64,000 bases of DNA from a virus. The notes under the pieces are model-generated. The model saw nothing but the letters and a program-made list of their open reading frames with translations, searched no databases and was not told the origin of the DNA. This document shows positions 55,101 to 64,000 of this stretch, piece by piece. Location: the IMG/VR virus record IMGVR_UViG_2667527373_000007, positions 2,547 to 66,546 of that record, one strand, 5' to 3'. How positions within the stretch are numbered: the first letter of the stretch is position 1; each line of letters begins with the position of its first letter. Made by a program: the position numbers and the translations under genes.

Positions 55101-57640
55101 GTCGCATCTGCTGCTGAACCTACAGTAGTAGATGTAGTAATACCAACAGCAATAATTCCACCACCAGGATCTCTTACCAAATCTCCAACTGCAAATGCGG
55201 TATCAGGAACTGTATTGGATACTGGTGTTACCTGTTCAACTTGTATATTCTTAACAGTGTATACAATTGGTTGAACAAGATCACGAGGGTTAACTGTTAG
55301 AATATCATTTTTAGTATATCCATTACCACCATCAGCAACAGCAACTTCAGTAACAACACCTAGTTGATCAATAGTAAAGTTAAAATTCTGTCCGTTACCA
55401 TAAGAAGGAACAAAGTTTGCAACAAGAGGACCAGCAGTATCAGGTTGTACAGATATTTCTACCGTAGTAGCATCAATAATAGCAGTAACAGTAGTACCAG
55501 CAGCAAATGCACCAGTACCACTTACCTTAGTAACTTCCATTCCGTCTCCAATGAGACTAGAATCTGGAACAGTTAAGTAAGTTGGATTCTGGTTAGTAAT
55601 ACTAATATCAGCATCACCTGGAGTTGGTGGTGCTGCTGATAATGTTATCTGAGTAGCATTGTCAACAGATTGTACAGTTGTATTAGCAGCTAACTGACCA
55701 GTATTATTAATATTGGCAAGAATGTCAACAGTATCACCAACTAGAATACCTGTTGTATCACTAAGTGTGATTTGTGGATTAGAAGGAGCAACACTCTGTA
55801 CGGCAATAGTTAAATCATTATTTGGAGTAGCACCACCAAGTAAATCACCAGTAATTACAAGTTGATCTGAAGGAAGATATCCTGTACCAGCATTGTTGAC
55901 AGTAATAGTATCGTATGATGCGTTACCACCAGCAAATATGACATTAACATCAACATTAAATCCAGCACCAGCACCTCCAGTAGGAGTTATGTTACTAAAT
56001 GTTGCGTTCGCACTACCAGCAGCAATACCAGTTAAGTTATAAGTGACAATTGCACCAGTAGAAACAAATGTAGTACCTGGTCCAGTGAATTCTAATACAC
56101 CTCGTGCAATTGTGCTAACGTTTGTCGTACCACCAGGTAGTGTTAATACATCATTAACAGAATATCCTGTACCATATCCAGAATAATCATCAATAGCAAG
56201 AATAGCACCAAAATTACCACCAAGAGTATATTGGAATCCAGAACCTGTTACACCAGCACCAACATCACCAGCAGATTGTAAATCTGTTGGATCAACACTA
56301 CATACGTCACCAGATGTATATGCTCCATCACCAGAACTAGTAACAGAAACAGTAGTAATAGTTCCACCAACTGCTGTTATCTCTGTACTAAATCCACTAC
56401 CAGTTGTATGGTCAGTTAATGTAACTTGACCTCCCATTCCTGCATGTTGACCACAGTTAAGGTATAAGTTATTATTTGCAGGAGCAGCAGGAACTACAAA
56501 TGTTACTTGTCTTGTTGTATAAGTTGTATAATTAGCAAGCCAATCTGTTGGTGTAACTGAAGCACCATCTCCAGTATATGTTACACCTTCAGCATTACCT
56601 ATAATACTTGCATTGTCATCCTGTGCTGTACCAAAGAATAATGGATGTGTGGCAGCAGTTGTATCATTTAAATCAAATATGTATGTTTTTCCTTTGAAGA
56701 GTGAAAAACTACCAGCAGATTTACCATCAAAGAAATATAAACCATTAGCAGCTTTAACTACAAATGTCTGTGTACCAGCAAGAGGAAGAGTTCCAGTAAG
56801 TACGTCACCTACTTGATAACCAGCACCTGCTGATATAACTTCACTACCTCCAGCAGCACCAAATTCTTGAACGTTACCACCCTGAACAGAAATATTTGCA
56901 AGGAAGTTTGATCCATTTCCTCCTGTTAATGGAATACTCTTATAAGTTCCATCGGGATAACTTTGTCCACCTGTAGTTGTAAAAGTCCATGCATCAACTG
57001 TGATATCTGCTTGAAGTCCAGTACCAGTACCACCAGTTAAATCAACACCTGAATAAGCACCTGGTGTATAGTTAATACCACCATTAGTTAAAACACCACC
57101 AATCTCATCAACTGTAAAGTCAATAGTTGCACCAGAACCAGTTCCACCAGTTACAGGAATAGTCTGATATGTACCTGGAGTATATCCAGTACCATTATTT
57201 GTAATAGTTCCAGTAAATCCCGCAACTGTCATGGACAGAGTAGCACCATCACCAGTACCACCCAATGTTGCTACTTCAGGATATTGTCCACCATCATAAT
57301 TCTGACCAGCAGTTTGGATAGAAATAAGTAATGAATCCAGACTGTTTTTCTCAACAACGAAGTCCCTATAATATTTCGTTGATAATTCAGATAATGTTGC
57401 TAATTTCTTACTGTTACTAACAAATCCAAACAAACCATTGGCTTGCTTGTACATTCCCAAATCTGGATCGTTTGTAAAAGCTAGACTGGGTTCTGAAACA
57501 GTACCATCACCTAGTTTTATATTACCTGCTTGTAGATCACTTCCTCCAGAAGTAACATTAAACAGTTGACTTGCTATATCGTTAACCTTCGTCCTCTGTT
57601 GTTCGAGGGTATCGGTTCTTGCTACACTAATTGCTGGCAT
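52121..57640 (-). CDS. large fibre-like virion structural protein (1839 aa)
   Basis: MPAISVARTDTLEQQRTKVN fibre-type N-terminus, Gly/Thr-rich GxGY repeats, two cupredoxin-like inserts, twice-repeated GxIRxN...YEG...WxSLGGVxDxD module. Confidence 0.8.
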   Translation of the reverse strand: MPAISVARTDTLEQQRTKVNDIASQLFNVTSGGSDLQAGNIKLGDGTVSEPSLAFTNDPDLGMYKQANGLFGFVSNSKKLATLSELSTKYYRDFVVEKNSLDSLLISIQTAGQNYDGGQYPEVATLGGTGDGATLSMTVAGFTGTITNNGTGYTPGTYQTIPVTGGTGSGATIDFTVDEIGGVLTNGGINYTPGAYSGVDLTGGTGTGLQADITVDAWTFTTTGGQSYPDGTYKSIPLTGGNGSNFLANISVQGGNVQEFGAAGGSEVISAGAGYQVGDVLTGTLPLAGTQTFVVKAANGLYFFDGKSAGSFSLFKGKTYIFDLNDTTAATHPLFFGTAQDDNASIIGNAEGVTYTGDGASVTPTDWLANYTTYTTRQVTFVVPAAPANNNLYLNCGQHAGMGGQVTLTDHTTGSGFSTEITAVGGTITTVSVTSSGDGAYTSGDVCSVDPTDLQSAGDVGAGVTGSGFQYTLGGNFGAILAIDDYSGYGTGYSVNDVLTLPGGTTNVSTIARGVLEFTGPGTTFVSTGAIVTYNLTGIAAGSANATFSNITPTGGAGAGFNVDVNVIFAGGNASYDTITVNNAGTGYLPSDQLVITGDLLGGATPNNDLTIAVQSVAPSNPQITLSDTTGILVGDTVDILANINNTGQLAANTTVQSVDNATQITLSAAPPTPGDADISITNQNPTYLTVPDSSLIGDGMEVTKVSGTGAFAAGTTVTAIIDATTVEISVQPDTAGPLVANFVPSYGNGQNFNFTIDQLGVVTEVAVADGGNGYTKNDILTVNPRDLVQPIVYTVKNIQVEQVTPVSNTVPDTAFAVGDLVRDPGGGIIAVGITTSTTVGSAADATYSGVASTSAGSGVGAKFDVTRDNTGAVLSVTITTGDEGRFYVDTEVVTIDGTLVGGASPADNIVLAVGSVSSAGTGTAVRKIVAAGGWITYMVIDYFGLNAGGFFVNDAAGTTAYEVQSSADDFRFTIDTGNGVDQFVPALTLFVGNEYKFDLNSATLGGHIFSLSSFPDGRWDRVEGQTATLASTATQITVGSTTGYKVGFVVEKDLADQGAGTFAADTKIVSVDSATQFTIDKLPTVGGAVEFNVFGAEYTDGVTRVSAAGSEALSIKVTEDTPTLYYYCATDSIDHTNEGGEDGQESAITIDQNNPKTFGTGFQLLVNDVVIEEIIKGEVLDGSFTVRNLVSTDGEIGNATIPNLTSTVAIASASLETPLLKAPATAGAITGTKLGIQTDADKDVEVTTQFFKVGSGTPFVPTIQIEGATGNLTVATGGYLKSDDIRAGDNLKITGDDATITSFNAKDITLKPEQGRIAGVDALSGFAVPAGDTASRPGPAVTKDGVIRFNTTSNQYEGYHSSTTSWSSLGGVRDLDGNTYMLAEETVGANDNTIWFFNDNVNTLKVSPNFLEFVNMKKVRSVNVLAPAYTEWNANAPVTAGQYVKWLNNLYEVTIPGTTATTGNEPIHTSGALANGTAELTFWGLGVAPLTFDDIQELRVGPNKTCPLVISGDLRFLGNEISTDVSDLNIRPNSGKKVKIDAATSLVVPSGNTAQRGVAERGSIRYNSSTLQYEGFDGLNWGSLGGVKDVDQDTYIVPELTAGGDEDTLYFYTAGNNALRLTQSAFEFYSVDTIVSSTTDEFEITASLFTFDGAATTLDNTSATKTFLHSSKQYFDLGVSSGVYTDPILRLDDQGDVYLNTGFGTGTYSGVKVFDSDLKEFELADLRILTDVVTMVKGSSNSGNSVIYPTSTEKGAKVVVVAENVSNAHKEMYEFGVIDDGVNVVYNEYGNLRTGIELIVPEFEMTSNNEVRLNMTLGANVLATHTVKVTIVSNITKK

Positions 57641-57830
57641 TTCTTATTTCTTTCAGTAGGGACTTAATCTCAAAGAGTTCATTCTTCAACATATTTATGT
57701 CCTCTAATGCGGAACTAAGATGTTTTGATTTCCTTCGTGCCTCTATTGCAGAATCATCGTTATTGATGATAGCACCTGTGTTTACGTCTCTTACAAGACC
57801 ATCATGACCTTCAACCTTCAAATAGTCCAT
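57627..57830 (-). CDS. small hypothetical protein
   Basis: 67 aa, LKVEGHDGLVRD..TGAIIN plus a coiled coil; coupled to its neighbours. Confidence 0.75.
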   Translation of the reverse strand: MDYLKVEGHDGLVRDVNTGAIINNDDSAIEARRKSKHLSSALEDINMLKNELFEIKSLLKEIRNASN

Positions 57831-57839
57831 ACGCGGAGA

Positions 57840-60800
57840 TTAGAAAGATGCTACTGCTCTGATGTCTTGAATCTTAGGAACATATGATGGATCTACTGAT
57901 TTCATGACAACTTTAACAGCAAATGATGAGAATTCTGGAAGATCAGATGCACTATATTTCAATTCTTGATATGAAGATTGCTTCTCAACAGTACTTGAAA
58001 TACTGTTCTCACTGGTAGCAATTTCTAACGTATCTGGTTCACCAGAAATATTGAAGTATGTCCAATCAATATCCTCAAAATTCTCTTGACTAGATGCTTT
58101 CTTAAATCTATATAAAACTTCTAAGTTTGCAATATCCTTAACATTAGCTGTTAGACGAACATCAACAGCAGTTGCTGGATTATTGATAGCAACTTCCTTA
58201 GTTACATACTTAGCAATAGATGAACTATTCTTAGATGTATTCTCTGATACAAATTCTACACCATTAGAATAAGATACTTTACCAACCTCCAAGAAATATG
58301 CTTCATCATCTGGTTGATTTGGATATGTTAGAATATCACCAACGCGGAAAATGTCAGAAACTTGATCATTTGTTACTGCATTTCTATTGAATAGTACATT
58401 TGTACTAACACCACCAGTGAAATCATCATTGATTGGTTGTACATCATTTCTTGCAGTTAACTCTTGTGTTTCTTTATTCCATATAATTGATTTACCTTCA
58501 ATCGTATTAGTATAAGTTTCTAATATTACCGATGGATTTCTTGCAGTTATGGTAGATGCATCAGCAATATCTCTTAATATCTGAGATGGATTAGAATCAA
58601 TAGTGACTGATGTTAATGAAGGTTGATTAACCAAAGTAACTGTCTCTCCTTTTTTGAAGAATTGACTTGTTTTTACTTTAACCCAAACACTTGATCCATC
58701 TACTTTAGCAATAGTACCAGTTGCTTTTGTAGTTTGACCTTGAATTGTCTGTCCAGATTCAATTGCTGTTCCACCATTTCCACCAAGTGCAAATGTATAG
58801 ATTGGATAAAATTCAACAATTTGATTTCTTCTTCCAAATCTGTCTTCCTGACCATGACTATTCTCAATTCTATTAGTTGTTGCAATAACAGAAGCACTAG
58901 AAAGATCAACAACTGGACTCAAATGAGACACAGTAGATGAGAGAACCATTTTATAAGTCAGAGATCTAGAAAGATTATTCATAGTCTCATTAATTTCTGA
59001 AGCAACTATCTTCTGATTAGTGAAATAATGTGCTTCATTTAAGAATGTTCTTTCAAAATCACTCTGTGAATAAGAAGTGTAATTTGTTGTAGATGAATCA
59101 ACAGGTACAACATTAGTTGTCTTAACAGAAGCTTCTAATTTAGTTCCTGTAATAGTTAAATAATCAATTCTTGGATATAGAGTTTCAAACTTTCTATTGT
59201 GAGTAGCATAAACACTATCACCACCACCAATAGCATTACCTGTTGCTTGTGATAATGGTCTTATAGTATAAGTATCAACTCCACCATTATCAACTTCAAA
59301 TAAAGTAGAATTTAAAGTATTTGCTGTAATACCAGATGTTTCTTTAGCACTTCTATAGAAAACATATGATTTACCTGCATCTTCAAATCCATTATCTCTA
59401 TGATTAACTCTAATAACACTATTATTATTACCAAATAACTTCGCAGAAGCATTTGTACTTGAACTAGCATTAGTTTCAAATGGATTACTTTCTAAAAGTT
59501 CATATCCTAAACTATCATTCTTAAGCAATAGTTCAGCAGTACGTTGAATATTAAATTCTGCACGATGAAGTGTAAACTTAAGATCCTCAAATATATCTTC
59601 TGTCCAGTTATCTACGTTCTGTGATCGGTATACCGAACCTAATGAAGGTTGGGTTGTGATAATTGTACTTGTTGATATGTCGGTTTCCCCTAAACGAGAT
59701 GCCCACATTTCATAATCTACTGAATCAGTCTCTACTTGAAGAGCATACTCAGTATCATTTTGTAGATAAACAGGATAATCAAATCCAAATTTAGTTGCAG
59801 TAGTAGATTGTGTAACACCTGTTATATCAGTTGATACACCCATTCTTACTGCTGGAGAATCAATTTCTATAGATGTTTCTATTTCACATCCACCTGCACC
59901 ATTACCAACACCTTTAACAACTACTGAAGGTGGTTCTGTATATCCAAAACCATTCAATGATACCTCAGTGTTATAAACTTTACCATTAGAAACTTCTACA
60001 CTAGCAGTTGCAACTGAACCACCTGGAAGTTGAGGACTTTCAATAGTAAGAATAGCACTATCATAATTAAGTCCTGGATTAGTTACTCTAAGACCAGAAA
60101 CTTTACCACTATCTTTAGCAATAGTAAGTTTCAAAGTACTTCCTTCAGTAGCATTTGCCAATGTAACAGAAGGAATAGTTAAATCTTCATTTTGATAGAA
60201 AGAACGTCCATTATGATTGCTAAGAACAATGGTATAAACTTGCTCATTTGTTAATGCAAATGTGCCAGAAGCAGAAGCAATTAAATCAACACCATTCTTA
60301 TCAATAACCTTAAGTATAGGACCACTAGCAGCAGAACTTACACCAGTTACATTTTCACCTTTAGTTACATTAACGTTACCATTAGCATAACACTTAAGGA
60401 ATGTATTTGGTGTTAAAGTTTTTTCTGATCCAGGAATAACATTCTTACCTGGTTTATCACTATCAACATTAGTTAGATAAACTTTAACAGGAATGTTATC
60501 ACTCTTCTTATTGAAATATAGATCAAGTCCAGTTACAAATACACCACCCTCATAATTCTCTACTTTAAATGTCTGAGCAAGAGGATTAGGTCTAATTGGA
60601 TTATCTGTATTACTATCAACTAATTGAACACCTTCATTTGCTTTAAAGTAAGCAGGTCTTGTAGAAACAATACCTGAAGGATTCTCTGGAAGAGCACCAG
60701 CAGCATAGTACTTAACCTCTGCATATGTATCAACAGTTGACTTATCAGCATCAGTAGAACTAGATGTGAATCTAATAGTCTTAGTTCCAGTAGTAATCCT

Positions 60801-63800
60801 TACTTCTTCTGCTGTTGTATCATAATCAACTGTATCAATATCTCCACTCCATATTGCATTTTCTCTTGGTGGAGCACCAGCAGGAAGTAATATCATTCCA
60901 CTAGCATTACCATACTCGTCAGTAGTTACTGTTCCATTAAATGCAGATGGTGAGTTACCAGCAATACCAGTAAATCTAAGATCAGGGTTGACCCAACGAT
61001 TAATATTTCTACCTTCCATGAAAATAGAAATGTTAGTATTTGGTTTTAACCTTCTAACAATAAATTTAATAACTCTACTTCTAGCAAATAGTTGAAGTGC
61101 AGTAGATATATTCTTCTCTCCAACTTTGGTTGTTTGTAATCCTTTACCAACTTCATTATTTTGAGGACTTACATTAGAAGAACTTGAAACAGATGCTAAT
61201 TCAACAGCAGATTTTGCTTCCTGTGAATTAACATTTCCTAATGAATTAATAGAAGTGAATGATGGTGAAGCACCTACCCAATTCACAATAAATGAGTTAT
61301 GTAAACTAGAGAAACTCTCACTTACACTTTCTTTAGCAATGAAAATAGTAAACAGATTAGTATTTGTATCTACTATTAGAGGTTCTACACTTTGATCATA
61401 CCAACTATCAACACTAGGTGATATATCTCCATCTCCAACATATTGAAGAACAACAAATGGATTTGGATTTAATGTCTTAGATGCAAAGTCATTACCAAGT
61501 AATTCTAATTCTGAATATGGAAGAGTTATAATATCACCAGACTTCTTATATCCTGCAACTGATCTTTGATCTTCTCTTGTATTAAGTTCTTTAAGAGAAA
61601 TAGAATCTTCTTTAGATTGTGGACGTAATACTGATTGTTGACTATTAACAGCACATGTATAATCCAATGAAGTTAGATTACCTACACTATGTGCCTCAAA
61701 GTTATCAACAAAGAATCCACTCTTAAAGCGATCCATTCCAATTTCATCCTTGACCTGCATATTCAATGCCTGTTGCTCAAGAATGCTTAACGTTGTGTAA
61801 TATTCTAGTCTCTCAATACGTTTCTCCAACTTACCAATGTCACGCATTGTGTAACGACGGTTATCAACTGGAGTAATTCTTACATCCTTACTAGAAGTAG
61901 TGTATGCAGGAATATAAACATAGAATAATGGTACAGCATCATCTACTGGATCTGGTTTTGAAGGATTAAGAGAGGAATTACCTTCTTTAATGAGAAACTC
62001 ACCCTTCTTATTGAGAAAGACTCCATCAATACGATCTAAGTATTGAACCTGACTGAATGAGAATGTATATTCTAAGTTAGTATCAGGAGCAGGAGTAGAT
62101 GCAATAACAGATCCTGCACCAGCAAATGAACCTGCTGTATTCTCTAATGAAGAAACATCTTGGAAACCAGGAACAATAGCAGCAGTATCAACCTTTGGTC
62201 TAAAGTCAATAACATTCTTAAGTTCTACAATACCATGAACTGAAGAGTTGAAACTTGGAATCTCATCTTCTGGTAAACCTGCTTCATGTAAGTAACTATC
62301 AATAGTACAGAAATCACCTTGTGATTGCTCGAAGTAATCGAAAGCAATTACTAATTGTCCTGTTGTTTGTTCGTATCCTGGCTTGAGGACGACTCTAGAA
62401 ACATCATAAACTGTGTCTCTCTGTCCATCATCAAAAGTGAATCTGTTAGTAACATCAGTACCACTAACAAGATTACCCGCAGTATCAACTTCTGGTGGTT
62501 GTGTTGATGTTCCTTCATAAACATATCTTAGTTTATATGCATCAGAGTAAGATAGTATTTCTACAACCTCACTATCATAATCAGTTCCTCTAAATGGAAT
62601 TACACGATCTCCAGAAGAAGTAACAGTAATTCTCTTATTCTTAATTGCTGTCTTAAGTCTTGGTTTAGCATTAGTAACTTCAAGAGTAGCAGTCAATTTA
62701 AGTGTTGGATATGTTCCATTTCCAGGAATAGTTCCAAAATAATTATTTGGAAGATCAAGACTTAAACTTCCACTAGTAAGGCCACTAGCAGTATCAGTAG
62801 CAGAAGAAATTTCCACTGCATCAGCAGGAATATAAACGATATCACCTTTAACAATATCTGGAGCATCACCTGCATCAAGAACAGTAACAAGGAAATTACT
62901 TTCACTATATCCAGCAAAACGTTGAGTACCAAATGGAAGTTGTGCAGCATAAGTTATAGTTGAACCACCAGATGCTGTACTTACAAAATCTCTACGGAAA
63001 TAGTATTTAATCTTACTATCTTCATTACCAGCAGAAATTTGTTCTACTTGCTTACTTCCTGTTGGAAATATTAATGTTCCTTGGTTAGCATTACTTACTT
63101 TTGGACGTAATCTAACAATACTAGTATTAGTAACATCGCTAGGTAGTGCAGTATCAAGATATACGCGAGTCTTAGCAGATCCTATTTGCTGAGTTGCATA
63201 TTCAACCACAGAACGTACAACTTTATTATTAGCATCAGAGAATTGAACTACATCTCCTTGTTGTAATAATGGTCCAGCATCAGCACTAAAACTAGTAGAT
63301 TCAATATAACTTAAACCTTGAGTTCCAAAGAAAGTAAAGTCTGTTACAGATTTAATCTCAGAATATTTTTGACTATCAACTACACAATCTGCATAGAATG
63401 TATTAGCATTACCAGATCCATATCTACATCCTAATGATTTAACATTTTGTGGAGTATATGTTGTTACTGTATTTCTATACAATACAGCAAGAATAGATGC
63501 ACCAGAACTACCAGTTCCATTTATTGATACTACTGGTGGTTGAGCATATTCAGTAGTAACAGCATTTCTATTAACAATTTCTACAGAATAGATTGATCCA
63601 TCATTGAGTCTGTTAGGTATAATCTTAGCAGAATCAAAATCAACACCATTTACAAGAACAGTTGATGTATCAGGATAACCAAGACCACGATTAAGAACTT
63701 TGAAATGAGAAATAGTATTCTCTCTAGCAATTCTTACTGTTGCACCACCTTCATCTCTAAGTGTTTCACCTGGAAGAAATCTACCAGATAGTGTATTAAC

Positions 63801-64000
63801 AAAGAGTAGTACACCTGTACTATAAACACCTGAAGGTTCTCCTTCTACAACACCATAAGCACCACTAGTTAAACCAGTAACATACTTACCTCTAGTAAAT
63901 GAATTTAATACTGTTGGAGATGATTCTAATACAATCTTAGTATAGAACTCAGGATCAAAATATGACAAACCAAAGGTTGCATTATATGCAGCAGTACCTT
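57840..64000 (-). CDS. VrlC / DUF4815-type large virion (baseplate-associated) protein, 5' end outside window
   Basis: Frame open to the window edge; LDFRP-like VIDFRP, RYTMRDIGKLEKRIERLEYYTTLSILE, RFKSGFFVDNF, NPLAQTF, C-terminal VPKIQDIRAVAS. Confidence 0.85.
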   Translation of the reverse strand, partial: GTAAYNATFGLSYFDPEFYTKIVLESSPTVLNSFTRGKYVTGLTSGAYGVVEGEPSGVYSTGVLLFVNTLSGRFLPGETLRDEGGATVRIARENTISHFKVLNRGLGYPDTSTVLVNGVDFDSAKIIPNRLNDGSIYSVEIVNRNAVTTEYAQPPVVSINGTGSSGASILAVLYRNTVTTYTPQNVKSLGCRYGSGNANTFYADCVVDSQKYSEIKSVTDFTFFGTQGLSYIESTSFSADAGPLLQQGDVVQFSDANNKVVRSVVEYATQQIGSAKTRVYLDTALPSDVTNTSIVRLRPKVSNANQGTLIFPTGSKQVEQISAGNEDSKIKYYFRRDFVSTASGGSTITYAAQLPFGTQRFAGYSESNFLVTVLDAGDAPDIVKGDIVYIPADAVEISSATDTASGLTSGSLSLDLPNNYFGTIPGNGTYPTLKLTATLEVTNAKPRLKTAIKNKRITVTSSGDRVIPFRGTDYDSEVVEILSYSDAYKLRYVYEGTSTQPPEVDTAGNLVSGTDVTNRFTFDDGQRDTVYDVSRVVLKPGYEQTTGQLVIAFDYFEQSQGDFCTIDSYLHEAGLPEDEIPSFNSSVHGIVELKNVIDFRPKVDTAAIVPGFQDVSSLENTAGSFAGAGSVIASTPAPDTNLEYTFSFSQVQYLDRIDGVFLNKKGEFLIKEGNSSLNPSKPDPVDDAVPLFYVYIPAYTTSSKDVRITPVDNRRYTMRDIGKLEKRIERLEYYTTLSILEQQALNMQVKDEIGMDRFKSGFFVDNFEAHSVGNLTSLDYTCAVNSQQSVLRPQSKEDSISLKELNTREDQRSVAGYKKSGDIITLPYSELELLGNDFASKTLNPNPFVVLQYVGDGDISPSVDSWYDQSVEPLIVDTNTNLFTIFIAKESVSESFSSLHNSFIVNWVGASPSFTSINSLGNVNSQEAKSAVELASVSSSSNVSPQNNEVGKGLQTTKVGEKNISTALQLFARSRVIKFIVRRLKPNTNISIFMEGRNINRWVNPDLRFTGIAGNSPSAFNGTVTTDEYGNASGMILLPAGAPPRENAIWSGDIDTVDYDTTAEEVRITTGTKTIRFTSSSTDADKSTVDTYAEVKYYAAGALPENPSGIVSTRPAYFKANEGVQLVDSNTDNPIRPNPLAQTFKVENYEGGVFVTGLDLYFNKKSDNIPVKVYLTNVDSDKPGKNVIPGSEKTLTPNTFLKCYANGNVNVTKGENVTGVSSAASGPILKVIDKNGVDLIASASGTFALTNEQVYTIVLSNHNGRSFYQNEDLTIPSVTLANATEGSTLKLTIAKDSGKVSGLRVTNPGLNYDSAILTIESPQLPGGSVATASVEVSNGKVYNTEVSLNGFGYTEPPSVVVKGVGNGAGGCEIETSIEIDSPAVRMGVSTDITGVTQSTTATKFGFDYPVYLQNDTEYALQVETDSVDYEMWASRLGETDISTSTIITTQPSLGSVYRSQNVDNWTEDIFEDLKFTLHRAEFNIQRTAELLLKNDSLGYELLESNPFETNASSSTNASAKLFGNNNSVIRVNHRDNGFEDAGKSYVFYRSAKETSGITANTLNSTLFEVDNGGVDTYTIRPLSQATGNAIGGGDSVYATHNRKFETLYPRIDYLTITGTKLEASVKTTNVVPVDSSTTNYTSYSQSDFERTFLNEAHYFTNQKIVASEINETMNNLSRSLTYKMVLSSTVSHLSPVVDLSSASVIATTNRIENSHGQEDRFGRRNQIVEFYPIYTFALGGNGGTAIESGQTIQGQTTKATGTIAKVDGSSVWVKVKTSQFFKKGETVTLVNQPSLTSVTIDSNPSQILRDIADASTITARNPSVILETYTNTIEGKSIIWNKETQELTARNDVQPINDDFTGGVSTNVLFNRNAVTNDQVSDIFRVGDILTYPNQPDDEAYFLEVGKVSYSNGVEFVSENTSKNSSSIAKYVTKEVAINNPATAVDVRLTANVKDIANLEVLYRFKKASSQENFEDIDWTYFNISGEPDTLEIATSENSISSTVEKQSSYQELKYSASDLPEFSSFAVKVVMKSVDPSYVPKIQDIRAVASF

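Noticed and set aside
1-64000. Stop-codon reassignment or alternative genetic code
   Set aside because: Core genes are full length under code 11 and end at TAA, TAG and TGA; the only tRNA found has a sense anticodon.

Overview
A 64-kb segment of a large T4-like marine cyanomyophage genome (Kyanoviridae-type). Every credible gene is on the minus strand. In transcription order (right to left) it carries: (1) a partial VrlC/DUF4815-type virion protein, a 1839-aa fibre-like virion protein and a 4286-aa giant tail fibre; (2) a late-promoter cassette with a putative propeller tip protein, three unknowns, a peptidase-U32/methyltransferase fusion and six tandem 2OG-Fe(II) oxygenases; (3) neck, tail-completion and small terminase genes gp13-gp16; (4) an accessory island with DUF2997, DUF1257, petE, purM, an SNase, a NifU-domain protein, a catalytic-core-only Asn/Asp-type tRNA-synthetase paralogue and an atypical tRNA-Asn; (5) the core morphogenesis block gp17-gp23, gp3, uvsY and uvsW; (6) gp55, pyrE, gp47, gp46, a metallopeptidase-VWA gene and a MoxR/CobS AAA+ gene. 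The most striking observations are these. The giant fibre encodes about 14 copies of one module as exactly balanced nested insertions, i.e. a branched 'Russian-doll' polypeptide, and the neighbouring fibre protein shows the same logic with a different module. A synthetase core lacking an anticodon-binding domain ends 9 nt upstream of a long-variable-arm tRNA-Asn(GUU) with U37. A U32-methyltransferase plus six oxygenases form a late cassette behind the fibre. Codon choice points to a genuinely dual-coded gene overlap. No database searches or structure predictions were run. Family calls come from motif recognition by eye, and sub-gene coordinates are approximate to a few codons.
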